Positions 17,904 to 26,545 of a DNA stretch of 33,730 bases are shown here, piece after piece (positions within the stretch are counted from its first letter, which is position 1; each line of letters begins with the position of its first letter). Made by a program: the position numbers and the translations under genes. Under the pieces are notes generated by a model. The model was not told the DNA's origin and made no database searches. It worked only from the letters and a program-made list of their open reading frames with translations. Source of the stretch: a virus; IMG/VR virus record IMGVR_UViG_3300014109_000001, positions 1 through 33,730 of that record, one strand, 5' to 3'.

Positions 17904-17934
17904 AAAAATAAAAAGGGGAGCATTACCACTCCCC
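17904..17934 (-). terminator. Rho-independent terminator/attenuator after the major tail protein gene
   Basis: Minus-strand RNA GGGGAG-UGGUAAUG-CUCCCC followed by UUUUUAUUUUU, 10 nt after the stop at 17945. Confidence 0.7.
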
Positions 17935-17944
17935 CTAAATCACA

Positions 17945-18403
17945 TTATCCGACTACAGCGGACTCCTTAGGTGCTGAGTTCCAGCTAATAGTACACTCAA
18001 AGCCCTCAAACTCAGACGCCTCACCGCCTCCAATTTTAATGCCAGAGGCTGTAGCTACGCCCACATATTGTTTTTTGCCATCAGCGTCAACAACTTTAAA
18101 CCACAATTTACGTCCATCACCAGTTTTAAAGCGCATGCCAGCAATGATAGCTTGAGCCTCATCCTCTTTGATGTAGTCCCCCTCAAATGAGAACCCGTAT
18201 TTTACAGATTTTACTACTGTTTCAGGCGTCCCATCACCATTGTAGTAAGCTGTATCATCTGTCTCCTCGTCATTCTCAACCTCAGCGGTTGTCACTCCAT
18301 CTGCAAGCCATTTCCAAGCGTCACCTGTTGGCTCTGTTGCTGCGTTTTCTGCTGACCAAGGCGCCACATAGTGTTTACGCTTGGCGTTTTTTAATTTTGG
18401 CAT
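17945..18403 (-). CDS. Major tail protein
   Basis: 152 aa, positioned between the tail-completion and chaperone genes. It is followed by a terminator, and its acidic N-terminal half and beta-rich C-terminal half are typical. Confidence 0.7.
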   Translation of the reverse strand: MPKLKNAKRKHYVAPWSAENAATEPTGDAWKWLADGVTTAEVENDEETDDTAYYNGDGTPETVVKSVKYGFSFEGDYIKEDEAQAIIAGMRFKTGDGRKLWFKVVDADGKKQYVGVATASGIKIGGGEASEFEGFECTISWNSAPKESAVVG

Positions 18404-18805
18404 TTAATTTCCTCCATTTACTTCAATTTCTGCCGTTACATCTAACATGTAAATATAAAAGCCCTGGTCATCACGGTCATTAAGGAATGGCTGTGAGACT
18501 TCAAGGCCTCTGAATTGGTATGAGTTATTCTTGCTAGGTAGTTCTAAATCAAAATTAGCAAGAGCATGATTGATAGCCCACAAAATAGAGCTTGTTCTTT
18601 GGTGGTCAGTCGTTTTGATTGCCACCTCAAAAATAAGGCTGATGTCTTGCTTGCCGTCCATGTACTCTTTTAAAATCTTGCCACCTGGCAAAGGATATAG
18701 GACTAAATCCTCTTTCTCTGACAAATAGTCAAGCCTACAAGTAAGAGAGAGGTTTAGTGTGTTGATAAAGTCTCTGAGGACTTCGGAAAAATCATTGTTA
18801 TTCAT
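18404..18805 (-). CDS. Head-tail joining / tail completion protein (Minor_capsid_3-type position)
   Basis: 133-aa ORF abutting the major tail gene; call based on synteny. Confidence 0.45.
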   Translation of the reverse strand: MNNNDFSEVLRDFINTLNLSLTCRLDYLSEKEDLVLYPLPGGKILKEYMDGKQDISLIFEVAIKTTDHQRTSSILWAINHALANFDLELPSKNNSYQFRGLEVSQPFLNDRDDQGFYIYMLDVTAEIEVNGGN

Positions 18806-19173
18806 GCTTTTACTCCCATTGCTTTTATTCCTACTCTCTCCCAGTCTTTAAGGTGTAGCGCTGTAGCTTTTAAATCCCAGCGCTTTCCAGTTCCTGGTGT
18901 AGTGTATTTCTTGAAATAAAAAACCCTAGCCTTGTTGTAGCTAGAACCATAAAATTGAGCTCTGGCATAAAGCCCAGGGTATCTCACCCCATCTTTAGTA
19001 GCTTGGCCACTTCCACTGAGGTCACCACTCTTACGAGGAACAAAAGGGCTCATGTCTGTTAGCATTTGGTTAGCCATGGCCAGTTTTCCTTTTGCTAAAG
19101 CTGTTGGAGATACCTTATTTTCAATACCTTTGAGGTCAACCTTGACAGATACGCTAGTTCCCATTAAATACAC
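18802..19173 (-). CDS. Head-tail joining protein (Minor_capsid_2-type)
   Basis: 123-aa ORF with overlapping start and stop codons; call based on synteny. Confidence 0.45.
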   Translation of the reverse strand: MYLMGTSVSVKVDLKGIENKVSPTALAKGKLAMANQMLTDMSPFVPRKSGDLSGSGQATKDGVRYPGLYARAQFYGSSYNKARVFYFKKYTTPGTGKRWDLKATALHLKDWERVGIKAMGVKA

Positions 19174-19505
19174 TCCACTTCATAGCAAAATACTTTTTGT
19201 TTATGTGGATAGCTAATAGGCGATATAGCAGTAACTCTATATTCACGCTCGCCATCATTGATGATGGCATTCTTAAAGGTATCATCTAAGGTAATAGGAC
19301 AATGTTTAGGGTACACAAATAAGGTACTAGGTTTGGACTCTTTACGACTGTTTTTGGTGCCTTGCACTTGATACTGTCTATCAAATCTGACATGTTTAAG
19401 GGTCACTGGGCTCTCTAATATTACTTTTCCCCATCCGTCTTTTTCACCTGTGTCTTTTTTAATTGTTACAGTATCAATCAATAAACGTTTATCGACCTCT
19501 ATCAT
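19164..19505 (-). CDS. Head closure / head-tail adaptor protein (Minor_capsid_1-type)
   Basis: 113-aa ORF; call based on synteny. Confidence 0.45.
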   Translation of the reverse strand: MIEVDKRLLIDTVTIKKDTGEKDGWGKVILESPVTLKHVRFDRQYQVQGTKNSRKESKPSTLFVYPKHCPITLDDTFKNAIINDGEREYRVTAISPISYPHKQKVFCYEVECI

Positions 19506-19962
19506 ATCCTACCCCCCTATACCCAAAACCTGCTGCCTTTAGCACGTTTAAGGCGTCAAGTGATAGATTATACCTATCGCTTTCAAACGGTCTACTAGTT
19601 CCGTTAAAATAGCTCATGTGAGTCCTACCAAGTATCACAGTAGAGACTGCTTGCTTATCATCAGCCGTAGCAATACCACTAGCGTCTAAATAAGCTACTT
19701 GATAAGCCGTAGCAAGTTTAATAGCTTTCTTTCTAGTCTTAAAATCAGTCTCAAAATCCTTAATGTCATAAAAGCCATCAAGAAAGAGATTGATAGCTAC
19801 CTCTGCCCTCATCAATAATTTTTCAAAGTCATTTACTTCATCAAATCCTAAATCATTAAACTCATCTTGTGTCAAATAAGCGATAGTAACCACCTCCAAT
19901 AAATAAGAGGCGGTACTATTTACCTGCCTCTTTGATTTCTTCTTTTTCGTCAATTTGCTCAA
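19489..19962 (-). CDS. Head-tail connector (gp6-like); start codon uncertain
   Basis: This is the maximal ORF (TTG at 19962), and it overlaps the upstream gene by 47 nt. A likelier start lies near 19899-19891 (TTG or GTG next to GGAGGTG). The conserved-looking part begins at LTQDEFNDLGF. Confidence 0.45.
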   Translation of the reverse strand: MSKLTKKKKSKRQVNSTASYLLEVVTIAYLTQDEFNDLGFDEVNDFEKLLMRAEVAINLFLDGFYDIKDFETDFKTRKKAIKLATAYQVAYLDASGIATADDKQAVSTVILGRTHMSYFNGTSRPFESDRYNLSLDALNVLKAAGFGYRGVGYDRGR

Positions 19963-20116
19963 AGAACGGGCTCAACTCAGGATGTGATTGTTTGCCTTGA
20001 GTATTTAAACTCTCAGCTGTTTTGACATCCATGTCATAGACTACATCCTTGTCATAACTTTGCTCTTTGCCATTGACATTAAAAACAACATTACTTGTTG
20101 CTTTAAATTGAGCCAT
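19916..20116 (-). CDS. Hypothetical small head-module protein
   Basis: 66-aa ORF with an ATG preceded by GGAGGA. Confidence 0.55.
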   Translation of the reverse strand: MAQFKATSNVVFNVNGKEQSYDKDVVYDMDVKTAESLNTQGKQSHPELSPFFEQIDEKEEIKEAGK

Positions 20117-20121
20117 TTAGT

Positions 20122-20262
20122 TTATTCCTCCACTTTATAGCCGTTGTTTTCAAAGGCTGATACCATGATAGGGTCAGACAGGGTAAATGATACCCCATCC
20201 TTAGTCAAAATGACATCAGTTTTAACCTCTACTACTTCCTCTACTGTGTTATCATTAGCCAT
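20122..20262 (-). CDS. Hypothetical small protein (46 aa, not in the ORF track)
   Basis: The ATG at 20262 is preceded by AAGGAGG at 7 nt. Translation: MANDNTVEEVVEVKTDVILTKDGVSFTLSDPIMVSAFENNGYKVEE. It fills the gap after the capsid gene. Confidence 0.5.
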   Translation of the reverse strand: MANDNTVEEVVEVKTDVILTKDGVSFTLSDPIMVSAFENNGYKVEE

Positions 20263-20273
20263 TGATTACCTCC

Positions 20274-21098
20274 TTAGGCTGTCTTGTGGACATAAATAGC
20301 TTTTTTCTTAGCGTCTAGGACAAAAGCATCATAACGGATACGACCCTCAACAAGTTTACCGTTGATACCTGGTGGATTGTCGTGGATTTTGTAATCTTCT
20401 AATTTAACTGGTGATGTAGTAGCTGCTGGGTGAGCGATAATAAACTCAACACCTGTAGGCATATATGTTGATGGTGTCAATACTACTGGCATACCATCAA
20501 TCATACCCACTTGACCCTTGATAGTGATTTCTTGTCCAAGGTCTGAGTTTTTGATGAAAGTATCATCAAGTTTAATCAACTTGTAGAATTTAGGGGATAC
20601 ATGCAAAATACGGCCAGCCACAGGGACTAGAGCGTCTGACAACTTAGATTGTCCCTCAAGTACAAGCTCATAAGCATTAGTCTTGCTTACTGCACCTGTA
20701 CCAACATGAGTAGTGTCAGCGCCTGAAACCATTGCTGATAGACGGTACTTATCAACCTCAGGGATGACTACCTCTGAAATTTGGCGGGCTAGGGATTTAC
20801 CTGCCTCCATGACACCATTTGAGCCTTGCTCTGATTTCTTGTCAATCGTGAATGTAAATGAGCGGTCTTTAGAAAGCGTCATAGTTTGGACTGTATTACC
20901 AAGCTCATCTGCTGTACCGTAACGATTTTGACCAGTAGTCTGATAGTCATTCATTCCTGATGTAGCGACTGTGTAGACCTTGACTGTCTCAGCGTCAATG
21001 AAATCAAAATCTTGGTTAATGGTGTTAGTAGTAAGAGCATCTCTTGCAAAACGCTCATCTACTTTTCGACTAAATTTTTCTGCGTAATTTACTGTCAT
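20274..21098 (-). CDS. Major capsid protein
   Basis: 274 aa, directly after the scaffold gene. The N-terminus MTVNYAEKFSRKVDERF is typical of this streptococcal-phage capsid family. Confidence 0.8.
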   Translation of the reverse strand: MTVNYAEKFSRKVDERFARDALTTNTINQDFDFIDAETVKVYTVATSGMNDYQTTGQNRYGTADELGNTVQTMTLSKDRSFTFTIDKKSEQGSNGVMEAGKSLARQISEVVIPEVDKYRLSAMVSGADTTHVGTGAVSKTNAYELVLEGQSKLSDALVPVAGRILHVSPKFYKLIKLDDTFIKNSDLGQEITIKGQVGMIDGMPVVLTPSTYMPTGVEFIIAHPAATTSPVKLEDYKIHDNPPGINGKLVEGRIRYDAFVLDAKKKAIYVHKTA

Positions 21099-21126
21099 TT
21101 ATATTTTTCCTCTTTTCTTTTTGGTA

Positions 21127-21705
21127 TTATACGCTATCAAAGCCAGCAAAAAGGGCTTTGTCCTCTGCACTTAGGCCATCATCTGCATTACTTGCTGATG
21201 GATTGCCAGGCACAGAGATATTAGGGTTAGGCTGCTCTTGCACTGTTTGGAATAGGTAAGGGCTTGACTCTCTGAGTGAGTTGATTGTGTCCTCAAGTTG
21301 AGGCTTGCCATCTTCTCCTAGTTCAATACTGTCTAGGTTGATGAATTTCATCAAATCCTCTGAGTTGTATGCTCCTACATCTTTCAAAGCAAGGGCAATA
21401 GCATTTGTTTTGGTTACCTGAGCAAGGTTTGCCTCACTATCCAGTTTATACTGCTCAAATTGGGCTTTGAGTTCTTCAAGTTGTTGCTTGCTTTCCTCAC
21501 TAGCACCCTCTTTAGCCTGCAAGTCTTGAATAGCTTGAGTCTGTTGCTCAAGTTGTTGCTTTAATGTCTCATTTTCAGCTTGTAGCTCAGATTTAGCCTG
21601 TGATTTTGCATTCTCAATACCTGCACCGTACGCTTGCATGATATTATCAATCACTGACTTATCCTCAATACCTGCCTCAATTAACATCTCACGTTTAAGA
21701 CTCAT
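21127..21705 (-). CDS. Capsid scaffolding protein (DUF4355-type)
   Basis: 192 aa, acidic, with Gln/Glu/Leu-rich coiled coil (QAENETLKQQLEQQTQAIQDLQAKE). It lies upstream of the capsid gene. Confidence 0.75.
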   Translation of the reverse strand: MSLKREMLIEAGIEDKSVIDNIMQAYGAGIENAKSQAKSELQAENETLKQQLEQQTQAIQDLQAKEGASEESKQQLEELKAQFEQYKLDSEANLAQVTKTNAIALALKDVGAYNSEDLMKFINLDSIELGEDGKPQLEDTINSLRESSPYLFQTVQEQPNPNISVPGNPSASNADDGLSAEDKALFAGFDSV

Positions 21706-21770
21706 GTCTTAATCCTCCTTTTTACGTCACATGGACAAATTAAGACAGTTTTACGCCATGCTCCAGGGCA

Positions 21771-21800
21771 AAATAAAAAACCTGATGGTTCCCATAGGTT
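21771..21800 (-). terminator. Rho-independent terminator, second of a tandem pair
   Basis: Minus-strand RNA AACCUAUGG-GAA-CCAUCAGGUU (one bulge) followed by a U-rich run, UUUUAUUU. Confidence 0.6.
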
Positions 21801-21828
21801 TATAGTTGTTTATTGCAATTTATTACAT

Positions 21829-21857
21829 GAAAAAAGCGCCTAGATTGTTCTAAGCGC
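21829..21857 (-). terminator. Rho-independent terminator overlapping the stop of the 75-aa ORF, first of a tandem pair
   Basis: Minus-strand RNA GCGCUUAGA-ACAA-UCUAGGCGC (one G-U pair) followed by UUUUUUU. Confidence 0.7.
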
Positions 21858-22084
21858 TAATAGTATTGTACATCTGTTTTAGACATGACATCTGACAGTT
21901 TTTGACCGTCAATATCTAAATTTACTAAGTCATCAAGAGAGGTAACCACATAAGTTTTAGCTCCTATAGAGACCTGTATATCTGTTGTAGAATTAGGTAA
22001 GATAGCACAATCTTGCCCTTTGTAGACAAAAGAGGCGTCCCAACCGTTATCGTATAATGCTTGTAAATCTTCTAGTATCGCCAT
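21857..22084 (-). CDS. Small acidic hypothetical protein translationally coupled to the MuF-like gene; candidate immunity-type partner
   Basis: 75-aa ORF. Its start overlaps the MuF stop by 13 nt, and two terminators follow it. Confidence 0.55.
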   Translation of the reverse strand: MAILEDLQALYDNGWDASFVYKGQDCAILPNSTTDIQVSIGAKTYVVTSLDDLVNLDIDGQKLSDVMSKTDVQYY

Positions 22085-23634
22085 AATATATCTAGGTTCT
22101 CCTCTCTTTCATTGTTTGTTAGTTCTCTAGTCGTTCTGCTGACAAACTTGCCGTCATCATCAAACACATAGTCATGAACATGCTCACCTTTTTTCCCGTA
22201 AGGATGTTTATCTGGTTGCTTATGATTAGTGAAATGTATATCTTTTACTTTGTAGCCCCTATCATCATAATAAGTTCTACCAAGTACATCTCCATTTGTT
22301 GCGTTGTGTTGGACTACACTATTTGGCTCTCCAGTCTTTCGTGGAGGCGTATGCCCTACTGTAACCCCTGATACACTTACTATTTTACCACTTTTCACAG
22401 CTTTATCAAGTTCTGCACGCTTAGTAGCAAGCTCTCTAGCTTTCTTTTGTTCTTCTCTAAGCCTGACCTCTTTCTTAGCTTGAGAAAATGGGTCATTGTA
22501 GTATTTCTCTCTAGCATAATCTCTATGTAGGTAAGGGTGTTGACTCAAAAAACCTCTCATGGCTCCTTGTTTCATCCTAACCTTGCTCTTATAATTAGAG
22601 ATTAGCTCACTATCTCCTAGCTTTTCTGCAACATGCAAAAGCTCCTTAGACTTCCTGATAGACCTCTCCAGGGCTCTCTGTTTAGCCTGTACGTTTGCAT
22701 TTGCTATAGCCTCCTCAGGTGTTAGATCTTTCAAATGGTCAGGCAAATCAGGCTTGTAGTTGACCCCTGGGATGTATGGTGTCATCTCATGAGTGCAATT
22801 TATACCCTGACAACCAGCAGGATGACCGTAGCCATAGTCAGCTAGAGCTAAGACACGCTCTCCATTTACTTCTCTAGCAACTCCAGTAGTTACTATCTGA
22901 TGTTGTAGAGGAGCACACATCTCTCTTGCTGTGGCTTTTTTGTGGTAGTAAAAGGTATCTATACCTAATTCCTCAGCTGGAGCCATTCTGACCTCACGAT
23001 AGACTCTCCAAGCTGTTGACTTGATGACCTGTCTAGCATAAGTGTCAGCTTTCCACCTCTTGCCTTGGCTATCAGTAAAGCCATAAAAGCCCTTTTCAGC
23101 CCATTTCATAACTGTATCAGAGATAGCTTTGTCTGATGTAGTAAGCCCTGTGACTACCTTGGCTACACTTTCCTCAACAATAGACTGATAGACCTTTCTG
23201 ACACTCATTGGCAAAGTCGTATTGATGAGGTTATCTATGTCTCCCATGGTCTGATTGACATAAGCAGCTAGATTGGTCTGGATGAGTGAGTTATCAGTAA
23301 AATCTCCACCCATGGACTCCAGTAGTTGCTCTTTAGTGTCTTTATAAACCTTGTAGCCCTCATTTTGTATGACATACCTGAGCTGTTCCTCAGCAATTCC
23401 TGAGCGCTCTGAGATAAGGCTGACATTATCATCATTAAGCAAGCCCATCTCATTCATTTTCTCAAGTTGCCAGATATAAGGGTTATCATTAAGACTAGCA
23501 GAGCCACGCTCTTTGATACGGTCTATTACTTGGTCAAAAAGGTCAAGAGTTAGCTGATGGTAGATGTCAGCAACTCTACTAGCGTCAAGCATGAGTTGCT
23601 CATCATTTAGCTTGATTGGTTTCTTCTTAGTCAT
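22072..23634 (-). CDS. Head morphogenesis / minor capsid protein (SPP1 gp7 / Mu F family) with a ~200-aa C-terminal extension ending in a His-rich module
   Basis: 520 aa. The MuF-type core runs to about residue 300 and ends with GHPAGCQGINCTHEMTPY. A coiled-coil linker follows, then the C-terminal YYDDRGYKVKDIHFTNHKQPDKHPYGKKGEHVHDYVFDDDGKF. Confidence 0.75.
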   Translation of the reverse strand: MTKKKPIKLNDEQLMLDASRVADIYHQLTLDLFDQVIDRIKERGSASLNDNPYIWQLEKMNEMGLLNDDNVSLISERSGIAEEQLRYVIQNEGYKVYKDTKEQLLESMGGDFTDNSLIQTNLAAYVNQTMGDIDNLINTTLPMSVRKVYQSIVEESVAKVVTGLTTSDKAISDTVMKWAEKGFYGFTDSQGKRWKADTYARQVIKSTAWRVYREVRMAPAEELGIDTFYYHKKATAREMCAPLQHQIVTTGVAREVNGERVLALADYGYGHPAGCQGINCTHEMTPYIPGVNYKPDLPDHLKDLTPEEAIANANVQAKQRALERSIRKSKELLHVAEKLGDSELISNYKSKVRMKQGAMRGFLSQHPYLHRDYAREKYYNDPFSQAKKEVRLREEQKKARELATKRAELDKAVKSGKIVSVSGVTVGHTPPRKTGEPNSVVQHNATNGDVLGRTYYDDRGYKVKDIHFTNHKQPDKHPYGKKGEHVHDYVFDDDGKFVSRTTRELTNNEREENLDILWRY

Positions 23635-23726
23635 ACCATACCCACCTCAAAAACCTGTTTGGTGACTTAATAAATAGCTTGGCTGGGTTGAGTGGTGGCA
23701 AAATAAACCTAAACAGTTTTCTCATG

Positions 23727-25235
23727 CTACTCTCCATAGACTCCTACATCATCAAGGCTACGCTCAGCATTTACATCATCAATGACATTGCCATCAATCT
23801 CAGCCTTAATCTTTTTAGCTTTTTCAGGTGTTACATTTAGGACTTTCTCAATAGCCATTGTATTAGTACCAAAGCCAGCATTAACTACTTTTATCCAATA
23901 ATCAAGCTCAGCATTCCTGTCAGTGAATACTCCATCATCCAAGTTGACACTAATCTTGTCCATCTCAGGGATTTCACCTGAGTATAGTTTATAAGCCTTA
24001 GCAAGCTCTAGCATTGAGATAATGAGCTCTTTTAGAGACTGCTCTACTAGACTGACAATACTATTTCTCATTTGGTATGTGTCAGAGTTCTCAGAGACAA
24101 TCTCTGTAGCTGTTTTCATTGACTTACCGTCAAAACTAAACATGCCAGCTGATACGCCAATCTGCATTTCAAAGAGCGCCAAGCCCTCGTTAATAGCCTT
24201 GATGTAGTCATCTGACCTGATTGGTGTAGTAAGGTCTGTGATACCTATGCCCTTATCAATGTCACCAGAGTCAAATTGCTCATAGACATTGTGGCCAGCC
24301 TCAAATTCACGCTTGACCACGACATTCTCGCCATTTTGATTATATTCTGTTTTAATCATTTGGCTAGGTACTGCCACCCTACGCTGACCCATTTTGACCT
24401 CCCACATAAACTCATCATAGGTGGTATTAAGAAAGTCTATTGTAGTCTTAGCATTATCAAAGATAGACAAACCTAGTGGGCTGTTAATATCTTTGTTGTT
24501 CATTCCTGGTGGCTTTAGATAAGTGAATAGTGGACGGCTCAAGTCATTTAGCTCCACCACTTCCTCTAAATCCTCATAGAGTTCTGACAGTGGCACTCTT
24601 GAGCCTACTGCATGCTTATTATCAGACCTGTATAGCTCGTTTGACACTGTGTACTTATCATTTGACCACTCATGAAATTCAATCAGCGTGTAATATATCT
24701 GCTTGTTACCATCAGCTTTGATGGTCTTGGTCACGATTGCAGCGCTAGAGACATCCTGAGTGTTAGATTGCAATGGCAAAAATACAGGCGCTTGAATAAA
24801 TGACACTCTTACACGTTCACCATCCACATAAGGCCTCATAGCAAGACCACCAAGCGCTAAACAACTCTCAAGGTATCGCTCAAAGTTTTTTGTAAATCGG
24901 TCATCTTGTAGCTGTTGTTGGATAAACTTATTAGCTTGCTCATTATCTACTTTAATTTCAGCCTGTTCATTAAATACAAGGCTTGCAATCTTCTTAGCAG
25001 CTGTACGGCCAATAGGTAAATGGTTGAAATCTCTTTTATTTTTAGCCCCATTACTGTCTCTATATTCTACTTGAGGGTAATGGCCTGAAAAATACTTAAT
25101 ATTTTCCCTAATACGGTCATATTCTGCTGATGACACTGCTATTTTCGGATGGTCAGTGATGTATGTTAGATTTTGAGTAGTCATCACATATTTACTCCTT
25201 TTAAAAATATCTTTAATCGTTTGGACTATTCCCAT
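23727..25235 (-). CDS. Portal protein (SPP1 gp6-like)
   Basis: 502 aa, between TerL and the MuF-like gene; call based on size and synteny. Confidence 0.8.
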   Translation of the reverse strand: MGIVQTIKDIFKRSKYVMTTQNLTYITDHPKIAVSSAEYDRIRENIKYFSGHYPQVEYRDSNGAKNKRDFNHLPIGRTAAKKIASLVFNEQAEIKVDNEQANKFIQQQLQDDRFTKNFERYLESCLALGGLAMRPYVDGERVRVSFIQAPVFLPLQSNTQDVSSAAIVTKTIKADGNKQIYYTLIEFHEWSNDKYTVSNELYRSDNKHAVGSRVPLSELYEDLEEVVELNDLSRPLFTYLKPPGMNNKDINSPLGLSIFDNAKTTIDFLNTTYDEFMWEVKMGQRRVAVPSQMIKTEYNQNGENVVVKREFEAGHNVYEQFDSGDIDKGIGITDLTTPIRSDDYIKAINEGLALFEMQIGVSAGMFSFDGKSMKTATEIVSENSDTYQMRNSIVSLVEQSLKELIISMLELAKAYKLYSGEIPEMDKISVNLDDGVFTDRNAELDYWIKVVNAGFGTNTMAIEKVLNVTPEKAKKIKAEIDGNVIDDVNAERSLDDVGVYGE

Positions 25236-25246
25236 TACTAGCTCCT

Positions 25247-26545
25247 TTAGGCTTTTAGATTTAACTCTCTAGCATTGTCTAGGACAAAATACTTGAAACC
25301 GTCTACTGTGTGGTCATCCTCTTTGATGACTTTAGGGTCATCAGTATTGATGGTTTTGTCATCATATCGGTACATCTTATGCTCCTCAATGAATACCCTG
25401 TTATTTTCAGTATTAAGGTAATAAAAACGACCCTCAGCCAATAGACTGATAACCATGTCTATCATAGTCTGATTTTTCTTTTTGGCCACTGGGTGCCAGC
25501 GTTCTCCATAATCTCTGAAATATTGGTTTCTCAAAGCTCCCTCCGCACTATCAATAGTCATCTTGAGTTTTGGCACTCTGTAAGTTCTCATGACATCATC
25601 TATAAAATCATGTATCATCACAGATAGCTCGCTAGGTGCTTTCTTGATGGTTTTGCCAGCTGGAGAATAATAGAAAGTGTCTAATAGGATAACCTTACCT
25701 TTAGCTGTGAGCCCATAAGCTCCACATGTCGTTGCTGACTGCTGGTGTCCAGTGTCCATAGCAAATGATATGCCTATTAGCTTATCATCCTCAGGGAGGC
25801 TCTCTAGTGGTTTAAAATAGCTCATGTTATAGACATGATTACCAAGACCGATAACCTCACCCAAATACATCCAGCGATAGTAGTCAGGGTCAGTCTCTTT
25901 ATAGCGCTCAATCTTCTCAATCATCTGCCTAGACAAAAAGCCTAGCCTATCATCAAGGTAGGTGCTATGATGTATCATGTATGTAGGGTCACTAGCTTTC
26001 TCAGCTACCCACTCATTTATCCAGTCATAGGGATTGCGTGGAGGGTTATAAGTGAAATAGACCTTGACCTCTTTGCCGTTTGGGAGCTCTTGACGGATGA
26101 AAGTATCCTCAACTATGTCAATATCCTCACGGCCAGCAAACTCAGCAAGCTCCTCAAACCATACAGCCATGACATAGCCTTTAGCTATTTTCTGTGACTT
26201 GAGTTTCATAGGGTCATCTACACCGTAGAAATAAAAAGCTGTACCTGTCTTGATATGAGTTATCTGCAAGGGAGATTTCCCAAACTTAAACTGATTAGCT
26301 AAGCCCATCTCATAGATAGCCCATCTAATCTGCTCATATACTGACATTCTCAAGTACTTGCCTACTTTGCGTAAAACTACCACATTACCCATAGGGTCAT
26401 TGATAAAGTCATTTACAAGGTCAATAGAGACTACTGATGACTTAGTAGAGGCACGGCCACCCTTGAGCACTACATGGCTCTTAGTCGTATATAGGACATC
26501 ATCAAATACTGGGTTAATCAATTTGGCTAGGTTCAGTGTTACCAT
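25247..26545 (-). CDS. terL: Terminase large subunit (PBSX/Terminase_3-type, headful packaging)
   Basis: The N-terminal VVLKGGRASTKSS is Walker A-like. The ATG at 26545 is preceded by AGGAG. The ORF track's TTG at 26563 would add 6 aa. The gene overlaps the terS end by 32 nt. Confidence 0.85.
   Translation of the reverse strand: MVTLNLAKLINPVFDDVLYTTKSHVVLKGGRASTKSSVVSIDLVNDFINDPMGNVVVLRKVGKYLRMSVYEQIRWAIYEMGLANQFKFGKSPLQITHIKTGTAFYFYGVDDPMKLKSQKIAKGYVMAVWFEELAEFAGREDIDIVEDTFIRQELPNGKEVKVYFTYNPPRNPYDWINEWVAEKASDPTYMIHHSTYLDDRLGFLSRQMIEKIERYKETDPDYYRWMYLGEVIGLGNHVYNMSYFKPLESLPEDDKLIGISFAMDTGHQQSATTCGAYGLTAKGKVILLDTFYYSPAGKTIKKAPSELSVMIHDFIDDVMRTYRVPKLKMTIDSAEGALRNQYFRDYGERWHPVAKKKNQTMIDMVISLLAEGRFYYLNTENNRVFIEEHKMYRYDDKTINTDDPKVIKEDDHTVDGFKYFVLDNARELNLKA

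Noticed and set aside
23627-23725. 32-codon minus-strand ORF (MRKLFRFILPPLNPAKLFIKSPNRFLRWVWYD) filling the 92-nt gap between the portal and MuF genes
   Set aside because: It has no recognisable RBS and an odd basic/aromatic composition. It is too short to support without comparative data, so I did not call it as a gene.
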